From an uncultured Gammaproteobacteria bacterium (GTDB lineage Bacteria > Pseudomonadota > Gammaproteobacteria > GCA-001735895), in contig CAWVZP010000001.1 of the NCBI GenBank assembly GCA_963934675.1, positions 105 to 64,104 on the forward strand: 64,000 nucleotides of DNA. Direction: 5' to 3'. The notes under the pieces were generated by a model that was not told the DNA's origin, did not search any database, and worked only from the letters and a program-made list of their open reading frames with translations. A program made the position numbers and the translations under genes. Below, piece after piece: positions 34,071 through 43,532 of this stretch (its first letter is position 1; each line of letters opens with the position of its first letter).

Positions 34071-35093
34071 GTGCCACCGACTTTAGTTTCTTCGAGTGCC
34101 AACAACGGGTATGAGGTGTTACCACCATTATCCAACCAGGTAAGGTATTGGCCATTAATAGTTAACTGTGTTGTTAACAAATTCAGAGCACAAGTTGGAG
34201 ACAGCTTTACTATTACCGAAAACGGATACGATCAGATTAACTCGGATTTTAAAGCACTGTTAAATCTTATTTATAGCAAGTCAGGAAACAACATGTATCA
34301 ACCAGGTGAAATTGTTAGCTCTAAAACTAGGACAGTCGTACTAGATAAAGGAAAGCACTATAGAGCAAAGCTTGGCTTTATATTAATGTCGACGGATCTA
34401 GCGGCTGAATCAGATTTCATCGATATGGTTCCTGATGGTGTAGGTATTCACATTACCCGATTAAAAACAGACGATTTAACCACCAACGAAACTTTGGCTC
34501 ATCACATTGATGAAATGGCCGATGCAGCTTCTAGAATTCAACCTGATGCTAAACCTGACGTTATTTGTTACAGCTGTACCAGTGGCTCAATTGTCAATGG
34601 CGAAGAGAACGTCATGGCAGAGATTACTAAAGGCGCACCGTATGCTAAGCCAATGACCATAGCAACTGGCGTAGTAGATGCGTTAAGGGAATTAGGAGTC
34701 AAAAAAATAGTGGTTGGGACTCCCTATATAGATGAAATCAATACAGCTGAAGCCGATTTCTTAGTTGATAAAGGTTTTGAAATATTAGACATTCAGGGAC
34801 TAAACCTGACAACGGGTCTAGAATTTGGTTATGTAACGCCTGCCTATTGGAAAAAATTTGCCTTAGAAATAGACCACTCAGAAGCCGATGCAATTTTTCT
34901 TAGTTGTAGTGGTATTCGAGCATTAGAAGTCGTAGACGAAATTGAAGCAATAGTTAATAAGCCAGTTATTACCAGCAATCAAGCTCAAATGTGGAGTTGC
35001 CTTCGTCGCGCAGGCATAGACGATAAAATCATCGGTTTTGGACGTATATTTGAAAAACCCGGATTATCTCTACAGCTACCTAAATCAGAATAA
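34071..35093 (+). CDS. Asp/Glu/hydantoin racemase superfamily protein (maleate cis-trans isomerase / arylmalonate decarboxylase-like)
   Basis: The C-terminal ~260 aa show the two-lobed racemase layout with paired Cys-containing motifs (..ICYSCTSGS.. and ..IFLSCSGIRAL..). The first 74 codons have no recognisable similarity, so the true start may be the ATG at 34293. Confidence 0.6.
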   Translation: MPPTLVSSSANNGYEVLPPLSNQVRYWPLIVNCVVNKFRAQVGDSFTITENGYDQINSDFKALLNLIYSKSGNNMYQPGEIVSSKTRTVVLDKGKHYRAKLGFILMSTDLAAESDFIDMVPDGVGIHITRLKTDDLTTNETLAHHIDEMADAASRIQPDAKPDVICYSCTSGSIVNGEENVMAEITKGAPYAKPMTIATGVVDALRELGVKKIVVGTPYIDEINTAEADFLVDKGFEILDIQGLNLTTGLEFGYVTPAYWKKFALEIDHSEADAIFLSCSGIRALEVVDEIEAIVNKPVITSNQAQMWSCLRRAGIDDKIIGFGRIFEKPGLSLQLPKSE

Positions 35094-35194
35094 ATTTAAT
35101 CATTGCTGTTACTCTAGTCTTGGACATACTAAATTTAGTACTTCTGAAGAGCGGTGCAGATTTTAAGAGAAAGCAAAAATAAATTGAGACTGTT

Positions 35195-35839
35195 ATGCAA
35201 TCAATCATGATATTTAACTCAAAAGTTGGCCTAGGAAAAAACACAGTCTCAACTAACTTGGCCAGCTACTTTGCTTTGCAAGGTGAGAAAATGGTTCTCG
35301 CTGGTTTAGATTTCCAGTTTTCCAGCCTTGAAGGGTTAGCTAACAGACCCTGTGGTGGAAGCTTAATAACTGGTATTGGCGCATCGAAGGACATTTTCAG
35401 AGCCCCACGCAAAGTTGATTATATTATCTACAATACTCCTGCTGCAATCCTGACGAATGACATCACTCATTATTTAAGACGTGCTCAAAGTGTTATTATT
35501 TCGGTATTACCCGTACCAATCGATATGCGCGCTGTTACTCTTTTTATTCAAAACGTATTGGCTAATGGAGGAGTCATTCGCAAAAATTGTCGAGTAGCCC
35601 TAATCGCAAATCGATGTACAGAAAACACCAATCATTTCCAACAGTCGGCCATTTATATAAAAAAAGTGCGTAAAACACCTTTCTTAAGCGCATTGCGTAA
35701 AATCCTAAATTACAATAAAGCATCAGAAAAGAAACAAAGGATTTTCGAACTACTACCTTACCCCGTTGGTCGTGACCTAGGTCAATGGGAACCCATTATA
35801 AAATGGCTGATAAGTAAACGAAGTCAGCCAGAAAATTGA
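35195..35839 (+). CDS. ParA/MinD-superfamily protein with a degenerate deviant Walker A (KVGLGKNT instead of KGGVGKTT)
   Basis: 214 aa collinear with small ParA/Soj-type ATPases (Walker A region, ..VDYIIYNTPAA.. matching the DxxxIDTPP Walker B region, and the later ParA blocks). Both the conserved glycines and the GK[ST] hydroxyl are replaced. Confidence 0.6.
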   Translation: MQSIMIFNSKVGLGKNTVSTNLASYFALQGEKMVLAGLDFQFSSLEGLANRPCGGSLITGIGASKDIFRAPRKVDYIIYNTPAAILTNDITHYLRRAQSVIISVLPVPIDMRAVTLFIQNVLANGGVIRKNCRVALIANRCTENTNHFQQSAIYIKKVRKTPFLSALRKILNYNKASEKKQRIFELLPYPVGRDLGQWEPIIKWLISKRSQPEN

Positions 35840-36057
35840 GCAAAATCTATCAGTTTTCGCTGTATCTTTCAGTAGCCAAAACTGAATCGATTTATCAGGG
35901 TCAGGTGAAATATATAATAGTTGAAACTGAACAGGGTTTAAAACTGCAGTTACCCGCTCATAATTTCAGGCCTTTTGTGAACTCAAATGGAATTAGAGGG
36001 CGTTTTAGATTGATTACTGATGATCAAAACCAATTAAAAAAAATAGAAAAATTTTAA
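35836..36057 (+). CDS. Small hypothetical protein (73 aa), translationally coupled to the ParA-like gene
   Basis: The only possible start is a TTG overlapping the upstream TGA (aaTTGA), and there is no internal ATG. The composition is protein-like but no motif is recognised. Confidence 0.3.
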   Translation: MSKIYQFSLYLSVAKTESIYQGQVKYIIVETEQGLKLQLPAHNFRPFVNSNGIRGRFRLITDDQNQLKKIEKF

Positions 36058-36068
36058 CTCTTAACGGG

Positions 36069-37037
36069 TTATTTTCGTTTAGCTAAGTCCTTTTTAGCTT
36101 TATTTTTAGCTGCAACCTGCTTAACAGCTGAACCAATATGAGGTTCGCCTCGTTGCTTAGCTAGTTGTACTTGTTTCTCACGCTCCTTGAACCTTAAGCG
36201 CTTAACATCTGATTTCTTATTGTAGCAGCTTGGACAGCTCACACCTTGGCAATATTTTTCGCTCTTCTTATCCTCAACAGTAATGGGCAATCGGCAAGCA
36301 TGACACTGGTCATAACTACCTTTTTCCAGGGCGTGATTGACAGTAACTCGATTATCGAATACAAAACATTCTCCTTCCCAAAGCGACTCAGATTCAGGTA
36401 TATCTTCCAGATATTTTAATATGCCACCTTGCAAGTGATACACCTCTTCAAAACCCTGCTGCTTTAAATAAGCGGTTGATTTTTCACAGCGAATGCCGCC
36501 GGTACAAAACATGGCTACTTTACGTTGTTTAAAATTCGATAGTTCATTGGTCGAATAATCGGGAAATTCACGAAAGGAAGTTGTGTTGGGAATAATCGAA
36601 TTCTTAAAAGTTCCAATAGCTGACTCATAGTCATTTCGAGTATCGACTAGCACTACATCAGGATCAGATATCAAAACATTCCAGTCCTTTGGCTTAACAT
36701 AGGTACCAGAAGAATTAATAGGATCGATATTTTCCACATTCATGGAGACAATTTCCTTTTTCAATTTGACCCGGGTTCGGTAAAAAGGAATGCTATCGTC
36801 ATATGAAAACTTGGCATCTACATTAGCTAAACGAATGTCAGAACGAATCCAGCTGAGTAATTTATCAATAGATGCCTGAGTTCCTGCAACCGTACCGTTA
36901 ATACCTTCATGTGCTAACAGTAATGTGCCTTTGATATCCAGTGACAACATTGTGGCGAGCAATGGTTTTTGTAAAGATTCAAAATCATCAAGTGTAGTAA
37001 ATTGATAGAGTGCAGCGACTACATATGAATTTGACAT
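36069..37037 (-). CDS. trhO: tRNA uridine(34) hydroxylase TrhO (rhodanese-domain protein YceA)
   Basis: Rhodanese active-site block ([16 protein letters not shown]) and a C-terminal Cys-rich tail ([13 protein letters not shown]), collinear with E. coli YceA. Confidence 0.85.
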   Translation of the reverse strand: MSNSYVVAALYQFTTLDDFESLQKPLLATMLSLDIKGTLLLAHEGINGTVAGTQASIDKLLSWIRSDIRLANVDAKFSYDDSIPFYRTRVKLKKEIVSMNVENIDPINSSGTYVKPKDWNVLISDPDVVLVDTRNDYESAIGTFKNSIIPNTTSFREFPDYSTNELSNFKQRKVAMFCTGGIRCEKSTAYLKQQGFEEVYHLQGGILKYLEDIPESESLWEGECFVFDNRVTVNHALEKGSYDQCHACRLPITVEDKKSEKYCQGVSCPSCYNKKSDVKRLRFKEREKQVQLAKQRGEPHIGSAVKQVAAKNKAKKDLAKRK

Positions 37038-37138
37038 AAAAAACCTGTTAGCTAGCTGGAACGTAAAACCAGTGCCTGAAATTGATAAGTAAGACTAACG
37101 CTCTGTAATTAAAAATATATAGTTAGAAACGAATAACA

Positions 37139-37372
37139 TTAACTGGATTTCAAAGTAACGTTGATAGACTGACCGTCAAAAATAATTCTATCACCCGGTA
37201 TTATTTTTTTACGTTTTTGAGTTTCAATTTCACCGTTCACACGTACAAGGCCATCCGCAATAACTTGTTTCGCAAATCCACCACTGTGTGCCAGTCCTTC
37301 AAATTTAAGAACTTTGTAAAGCTCAACAAATTCAGATTCAAGTTCGGTAATAATATTAGCAGAGTTGGTCAT
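37139..37372 (-). CDS. S4-domain RNA-binding protein (YbcJ-like ribosome-associated protein)
   Basis: 77 aa. Resembles E. coli YbcJ (..LKFEGLAHSGGFAKQVIADGLVRVNGEIETQKRKKI..). Confidence 0.65.
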   Translation of the reverse strand: MTNSANIITELESEFVELYKVLKFEGLAHSGGFAKQVIADGLVRVNGEIETQKRKKIIPGDRIIFDGQSINVTLKSS

Positions 37373-37755
37373 TATTTTGTCTCTGTTGATGCTGATGGAG
37401 GATTAACCGCTGTTAAAGCATGGCCTTCAAAAACAACGCCGTTCCAACCGTGTAATATAAACTGTCGAATATTTTGATGATCGTCACCCTCTGGTGACGC
37501 TAAGACGTCCCTATAAAAACTACCAAAACAAGTCAATGTCTGTTGCACATTCAGTTTTTGTATCAGGCCAAAACTGAGTATTTTACAGGAACCATGATTT
37601 TGTGTTGCAGAGCTTGAGGCACTGCCATTACGAAAAGCGGTCGGTGTAAAATGATACAGTGATTCAATTAATGTAATTGAGTCGGTAAACTCAACTAGAC
37701 TGGATGAGTCGTTTAGTAATTCTAAAAACCGAGATAAATTCAAAATATCTTCCAA
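37372..37755 (-). CDS. HopJ-family protein (annotated 'type III effector HopJ'-like; function unknown, widespread in marine gammaproteobacteria)
   Basis: 127 aa containing ..NYHFTPTAF.NG....NGSCKI..FGL......TL.CFG.FYR..L..PEG.DHQNIR.F...GW.G..FEG.AL, the conserved HopJ domain pattern. Confidence 0.7.
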   Translation of the reverse strand: MEDILNLSRFLELLNDSSSLVEFTDSITLIESLYHFTPTAFRNGSASSSATQNHGSCKILSFGLIQKLNVQQTLTCFGSFYRDVLASPEGDDHQNIRQFILHGWNGVVFEGHALTAVNPPSASTETK

Positions 37756-38361
37756 TGGTGAGAGTCATTGTTCCTAAAGGCGCTCAATATGATAAAGAAT
37801 CAAATGACTCAAAACATAGCACAATATGAGAAAATTTAGAGTGGTATAAAAAATGTAATAATAAACCTAATGATTGGTATTTTCCAACGTCTATAGTGAA
37901 TAGAACCGTTAATTAATCACATTTTGGCGATTATTAAGTGAGCTGTTAGTTGTTTAGTAAGTGTGTTTAAGATTGCTGATATAAGGTGATAATAAAAGTA
38001 CAGGAGTAGGCATTTGAAAATCTTAAAAATAGTCAACACTCCCTGCTAGTTCGATACGAGAAACCAGACTATTGGGAGCAGGGTATTACTACCTGCGCTG
38101 CTAATCAGTAGTTGAACCACTTTCTATCGAAAGACATCATAAAATCATTTAATCTGATTCTAATTGATGGCAAATTGCCGGCATTAAAAGACTCAGGGTA
38201 AGGGTTTGAAATCGATTTAAGCGACGTCTAATAAGCTGCAAAGTTTTATTAACGCTATAATAATGCATGATCTTGTTTTGAATCTTGCTTTTGATGATAA
38301 AACTGATGGGAATATGGGAGAATAACGAGAACTAGCCAATAGCAACAATAGTAGAAGAATT

Positions 38362-39273
38362 ATGATCCAGTGGTACCCAGGTCACATGCACAAGGCGAAT
38401 AAGGAATTTAAAAAAATTCTGCCTCAAGTTGATATCGTGATTGAAGTTCTCGATGCACGTATCCCCTTCTCAAGTCAAAATCCAATGTTGGCAAGTATTC
38501 GTAAATACAAGCCAACCATAAAAATTCTTAATAAAAGTGACTTAAGTGACGATCATTTATTAGCGCTTTGGCAAACCGAGCTTGAGAAAGACAGTACGGT
38601 AAAAACTCTCACCTGCAATAATTTGGGAACGGCTTATGATAAAATTCGCGGCCTGTGTCGTTCACTCATACCCGAACGTAACAATCGATCGTCAATGGTT
38701 TACGCCATGATAGCGGGCATACCCAATGTTGGTAAATCTACCATTATCAATTCTCTGGCCGGACGCGCAATCGCTAAAACAGGCAACGAAGCAGCAGTTA
38801 CGAAAATGCAGCAACGGATCGAAATTTCACCCCATCTGACATTGATCGATACGCCCGGCGTACTTTGGCCTAATATCGAAAATAAAAACAGCGGCTATCG
38901 ATTAGCTGCGACTGGTGCCATAAAAGATACCGCGATTGATTTACAGGACATTGCCTGTTTTGTAGCTGAATTCATGCTTGAAAAATACCCATCTAACATC
39001 CAATCTCGATATGGGTTAGAACAATTGCCAAAAACTGAAATAGAATTATTAGAAACCATTGCGCGAAAACGCGGGTGTATTGTTTCAGGCGGCGTGGTTG
39101 ATTTCGAAAAAGTATCACGCATTGTAGTGTCTGACTTACGCAGCGGTGGTTTTGATGGCATTTGCATGGAAACCCCCGACCAGATACTAGAAGAGCTTTC
39201 CCAGCTTGAAGCTTTGCGTGCACTCAAGTTAGAAAAAGCGCAGGCAAAAAAATCTAAAAGAAAAGGCAGATAA
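38362..39273 (+). CDS. rbgA: Ribosome biogenesis GTPase A (YlqF/RbgA, circularly permuted GTPase)
   Basis: Permuted G-motif order: G4 NKSDL precedes G1 GIPNVGKST and DTPG. The N-terminus MIQWYPGHMHKA is diagnostic of YlqF/RbgA. Confidence 0.75.
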   Translation: MIQWYPGHMHKANKEFKKILPQVDIVIEVLDARIPFSSQNPMLASIRKYKPTIKILNKSDLSDDHLLALWQTELEKDSTVKTLTCNNLGTAYDKIRGLCRSLIPERNNRSSMVYAMIAGIPNVGKSTIINSLAGRAIAKTGNEAAVTKMQQRIEISPHLTLIDTPGVLWPNIENKNSGYRLAATGAIKDTAIDLQDIACFVAEFMLEKYPSNIQSRYGLEQLPKTEIELLETIARKRGCIVSGGVVDFEKVSRIVVSDLRSGGFDGICMETPDQILEELSQLEALRALKLEKAQAKKSKRKGR

Positions 39274-39312
39274 AGTAGCCAAGCTAAGCCAAACAGATAA
39301 GAGATACAGAGT

Positions 39313-39777
39313 ATGATAATCCGACAAGCAACCATAACCGATACAGCCGCAATCGCAGATTTCAACATTAAAATGGCGAAAGAAACAGAAGATATGGATC
39401 TAATACCCGATGTCATCAATGCCGGTGTACGCAACATGATCGAAAATCCGCCAATGGGCTTCTATCTGGTGGCCGAAGAAGACGACGTTATTCAGGCGTC
39501 TCTTATGGTTACCACTGAATGGAGCGACTGGCGTAATGGTCTGTTTTGGTGGATACAGAGTGTTTATGTGCAACCACAATATCGTCGAATGGGGCTGTAC
39601 AGTAAACTCTATGAAAAAGTAAAAAAACTAGCTCAGGATGAGGAAAACGTGTGTGGCTTCAGGCTCTATGTAGAACACGAAAATTTAACTGCGCAAAAAA
39701 CTTACCGCTCCTTAGGTATGGAAAAAACAGATTATCAAATGTTTGAAGAAATGAAATCTGTAATCAAAATATCCTAA
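39313..39777 (+). CDS. GNAT family N-acetyltransferase
   Basis: 154 aa with an acetyl-CoA binding motif region (..VQPQYRRMGLYSKLYE..). Confidence 0.7.
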   Translation: MIIRQATITDTAAIADFNIKMAKETEDMDLIPDVINAGVRNMIENPPMGFYLVAEEDDVIQASLMVTTEWSDWRNGLFWWIQSVYVQPQYRRMGLYSKLYEKVKKLAQDEENVCGFRLYVEHENLTAQKTYRSLGMEKTDYQMFEEMKSVIKIS

Positions 39778-40305
39778 TAACTAGGCATCAAAGCTGTTGT
39801 TCTAAACGTTTAATTTAGGTTATGAAAAAGGGGTATTAGAAAAACTAAACCCAGGTAAGGTCTCACCCAATAGGGACAAGGTCTATCCAAATAATATAAA
39901 GGACAATGCCTTCAATATCATATAAAAAATCAAGTTTAGCACTTCAGTTAAAAGGAGTATTACAGCGCTAGCAGCTATTTCTTACCTAATAAACCTCTGT
40001 TTTGTAACAATCTAATGTAATCATTCAAATATAGATGATGCTCTATCGTATATACTTGAATTAAGCAAAATATTCCAAACATAGTCTTATACAAATGAAA
40101 TCTAGTCACAATGACAAATATGGCATTGTATTTATAATCAGCCATGTTCAGTCAGTTGAATTTAAGGTATTCATCGTATAATTTTTGTGAGTAATATTAT
40201 GAAAACATTTGTTATTTTGACATCTAGGCACGAAGCTCCAACAATATCGATTAATAAAGTAGTAATGGAGTGTTATCAAACGTTATTAACGAAAAAGTGG
40301 GTACT

Positions 40306-41808
40306 ATGACCAACAAAAAATCTGATATTGGCTTGATTGGCCTGGCAGTAATGGGCCAAAACCTAGCATTAAATATTGCGGATCACGGTTTTCAAATATC
40401 TGTATACAATCGGACTGAGAGTAAAACTAAACAGTTTGCAGCCAATAATGGCAATACGCCCGGTGGAATGGTTGCTACGTCAACACTAGGAAAGCTTGTT
40501 GACTCACTATCAAAGCCAAGAAAAATTATCATTATGGTTAAGGCTGGCGCTGCTACTGATGCTGTAATTGAAGAAATTGCCGAGTTACTAGATGCTGGCG
40601 ATATAGTAATCGATGGTGGTAACGCAAAATGGACCGATACCATTCGTCGCGAACAAGCTTTATCGGTTAGAGGATTACGGTTTATCGGAAGTGGTGTTAG
40701 CGGCGGTGAAGAAGGCGCACGCTTTGGGCCTAGTTTAATGCCTGGCGGTACGCGAGAGGCCTGGGAGCATTTAAAACCTATTTGGGAAGCCATCGCTGCA
40801 AAAGTGGATATAGATACCGGGCAAGAAATACAGGGAGCCTCTCCCGGTAAACCCATTGTAGGAGGACTGCCCTGCACTGCATATATTGGACCCAATGGTG
40901 CCGGCCACTATGTAAAAATGGTGCACAATGGTATTGAATACGGTGATATGCAAATGATTTGTGAGGCCTACGATTTAATGCGTTCAGTGCTAGGACTCAG
41001 TCCAGCCGAAATGGGTGAGATATTCGAACATTGGAACAAAGGTCGTTTAAATAGTTTTTTAATTGAAATTACAGCGGATATATTAAAACAAATAGACCCT
41101 GAAACTGGTGCTCCATTTGTCGATATAGTACTCGATGCTGCGGGACAAAAAGGTACGGGGAAATGGACTAGCACCGACGCCTTAGAAATGGGAGTGCCTG
41201 CTCCCACTATTGCAGAAGCTGTTTTTGCCCGTTGCTTAAGCGCAATCAAAACAGAGCGCGTGGCTGCTTCTAGCCTATTTGCACAGCGCAAAATTGTATT
41301 TGATGGTGATAGGCAAGCTTTTATCGATGCCATAGAAGACGCACTTTATTGTTCAAAAGTTTGTTCTTATGCGCAAGGTTTTCAACAAATGCGATATGCA
41401 CAAGAAGAATACAACTGGTCACTTAATTTTGCTGAAATTGCTCAGCTATTTAGAGGGGGTTGTATTATTCGTGCAGGTTTCTTGCAGAAAATTGTTGAAG
41501 CCTATGAGCGCGAACCCACGCTAGCCAATTTGTTGTTGGATCCTTATTTCACTAAGGCTATTGAAGCTGCCGATAGTAGCTGGCGCAATGTGGTTTCAAC
41601 AGCGGTACTAAATGGTGTTGCTACTCCTACTTTCAGCTCTAGTTTGGCGTACTTTGATAGTTATAGAACGGCTCTACTACCGCAAAATTTGTTACAAGCT
41701 CAGCGAGACTATTTTGGTGCGCATACTTACGAACGCATTGATAAACCACGCGGCGAGTTTTTTCATATAGATTGGCCAGAAGAAGGCCGACCACAGATTA
41801 AGTTGTAA
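40306..41808 (+). CDS. gnd: 6-phosphogluconate dehydrogenase (decarboxylating)
   Basis: N-terminal Rossmann [15 protein letters not shown] and the Gnd signature region (..IDGGN.., ..GTGKWT..). Start set at MTNKKSDIG by homology; the ORF track begins 36 nt earlier. Confidence 0.9.
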   Translation: MTNKKSDIGLIGLAVMGQNLALNIADHGFQISVYNRTESKTKQFAANNGNTPGGMVATSTLGKLVDSLSKPRKIIIMVKAGAATDAVIEEIAELLDAGDIVIDGGNAKWTDTIRREQALSVRGLRFIGSGVSGGEEGARFGPSLMPGGTREAWEHLKPIWEAIAAKVDIDTGQEIQGASPGKPIVGGLPCTAYIGPNGAGHYVKMVHNGIEYGDMQMICEAYDLMRSVLGLSPAEMGEIFEHWNKGRLNSFLIEITADILKQIDPETGAPFVDIVLDAAGQKGTGKWTSTDALEMGVPAPTIAEAVFARCLSAIKTERVAASSLFAQRKIVFDGDRQAFIDAIEDALYCSKVCSYAQGFQQMRYAQEEYNWSLNFAEIAQLFRGGCIIRAGFLQKIVEAYEREPTLANLLLDPYFTKAIEAADSSWRNVVSTAVLNGVATPTFSSSLAYFDSYRTALLPQNLLQAQRDYFGAHTYERIDKPRGEFFHIDWPEEGRPQIKL

Positions 41809-42054
41809 GGATTTAAGGCTATTGATTGAAAGGGTCCGGACGCTATTTCTTAATGTTGGACTCTATTAGAGTTTTATCCGATCACTAAGCGTCACCATTA
41901 CCAAAACAGGTTTCATTAGGGTGATTTAGCTTTCAATCTATTACCGGCTGTTTGGTCTAGAATAAGTGCCGTTTTTATTAATTATCTATACTTTAAAACA
42001 GCTTGATAGGGTGCTATAGCTCAGATTGAAAAAAGGTCATGTGTATAAAATATT

Positions 42055-43107
42055 ATGAATCCTAATCAAAACAAATTCATAACCGAAGAAGCCATGGTTT
42101 CCTTTGTTCGTTGCCCTTTGATTGTTGTGCTGTTTTTAGTAGCCGCTTTTAGCACGGTATTTAGCGGTGTGAATTTCGCAAGTAATGACGATCAGGTGTT
42201 AAAAAAACGGGAATTTAATTCCATGCTGGATGGTAGATGGATAGGTAATGGAATTTCTTATGGAGCCTATCGTGATGGTGAGAGTCCTGATCAAAATTTG
42301 ACTTCTAAAGACAATATTCTAGAAGACTTGCTGATTATTGCAAAACATTGGCATTTAATCAGGCTATATGGTTCTGATTCACAGTCAAAAAACATTTTAG
42401 AAGTGATCGAAGATAATAATTTGCCGATACGAGTTATGCTGGGTGCCTGGCTGGATGGCCACAAGTCTGAACAGGAAAATGATGAGCAGATAAGATTAGC
42501 AATAGAATTTGCTAATCGTTTTAAGCAGATTGTTGTAGCTGTCAATGTCGGTAATGAGATTTTTGTTGACTGGTCATGGCATCGCGTCAACGATATGGAT
42601 AAAGTGATCGATCAGATCCGGCAAGTCCGAGTGGCTATCAAGCAGCCAGTGACCGTTAGCGATGATTATAATTTCTGGAACAAGCTCAACGCAAAGAAGC
42701 TAGCCGATGAACTCGACTTTATTTGTCTCCACGGTTACGCGCTATGGAACAGCCAGCATCTAGAACAGGGTTTGGAATGGACGAAGTCAATTTATCAGGA
42801 TATAAAAAGTCGCTACCCTGATCACAAAATAGCCTTTTGCGAAACCGGCTGGGCTACCAGTAAAGTGAGTACAGGTAATAACGATGAAGCCAGGCTTATG
42901 GTCGGTAAGGTAGGTGAAAATGAACAAGCGTTTTTCTTTAATCAATACAATAATTGGGTGAATCAAAATAAGCTGGTTTCATTTTATTTTTCATCTTTCG
43001 ATGAAAACTGGAAAGGTGGTTTTGACGGTGAAAACCCGATGGCAAAAGCGGAGAAGCACTGGGGTCTTTATAAATCAGACCGCAGCCCAAAGAAGTCTAT
43101 GCGTTGA
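42055..43107 (+). CDS. Glycoside hydrolase family 17-like protein (beta-1,3-glucanase/transglycosylase fold) with an N-terminal membrane anchor
   Basis: Both GH17 catalytic-Glu contexts are present in the correct order (..VAVNVGNEIF.. and ..AFCETGWAT..), plus an N-terminal hydrophobic segment. Confidence 0.6.
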   Translation: MNPNQNKFITEEAMVSFVRCPLIVVLFLVAAFSTVFSGVNFASNDDQVLKKREFNSMLDGRWIGNGISYGAYRDGESPDQNLTSKDNILEDLLIIAKHWHLIRLYGSDSQSKNILEVIEDNNLPIRVMLGAWLDGHKSEQENDEQIRLAIEFANRFKQIVVAVNVGNEIFVDWSWHRVNDMDKVIDQIRQVRVAIKQPVTVSDDYNFWNKLNAKKLADELDFICLHGYALWNSQHLEQGLEWTKSIYQDIKSRYPDHKIAFCETGWATSKVSTGNNDEARLMVGKVGENEQAFFFNQYNNWVNQNKLVSFYFSSFDENWKGGFDGENPMAKAEKHWGLYKSDRSPKKSMR

Positions 43108-43384
43108 ACGACCAGAGTGTGAATATAATGCATGTTGACTTACCTTATTTAGAAAATTTCTATAAGGATAAAATATATCAGCGTTAGGCTGATTAATTTG
43201 GATAAGCAATCAGGCTAGGATTTGCTCAATTCAAAATCTGAAAAATACAACAACCCCAAGGGTTACCTCCATCAACAGGACTGAAACGTTATTTGGGGAA
43301 CACAATATATTTTGAATAAAGCAATCTGGTTGCTGAATATTCCATCCTTGCACTACCAGCCGCCACCTACTATAGTTATTCATC

Positions 43385-43485
43385 CTCAACGGGGTGCTCT
43401 TCAACCAGCGATTGCTGGCCAAAGCTGAGAGGTTTAAACACCAACCCGATGAACCTGATCCAGTTAGTACTGGTGTAGGGATGTG
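43385..43485 (+). promoter_or_regulatory. TPP (thiamine pyrophosphate) riboswitch, THI element, in the leader of thiB
   Basis: Canonical conserved blocks in order: GGGGUGC .. CUGAGA .. ACCC .. GAACCUGAUC .. GUAGGGA (ggggtgctcttcaaccagcg..gctgagagg..accc..gaacctgatccagttagtactggtgtaggga). It lies ~50 bp upstream of the thiB start. Confidence 0.85.
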
Positions 43486-43532
43486 AGCGAATCTAGTGTT
43501 GATTTCTCCCCATCTCTCTATTTATATACCTA

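Noticed and set aside
38895-39437. A 180-aa minus-strand ORF spanning the rbgA 3' end and the GNAT 5' end. Antisense ORFs inside gnd (40392-40895, 40771-40953, 40968-41333) are of the same kind.
   Set aside because: They lie antisense to genes with clear homology and conserved motifs. Their composition is Ser/Ala/Pro-rich and shadow-like.
43231-43422. A 63-aa minus-strand ORF overlapping the thiB leader.
   Set aside because: It overlaps the TPP riboswitch, which explains the conservation of this DNA, and it sits on the wrong strand relative to the thi operon.
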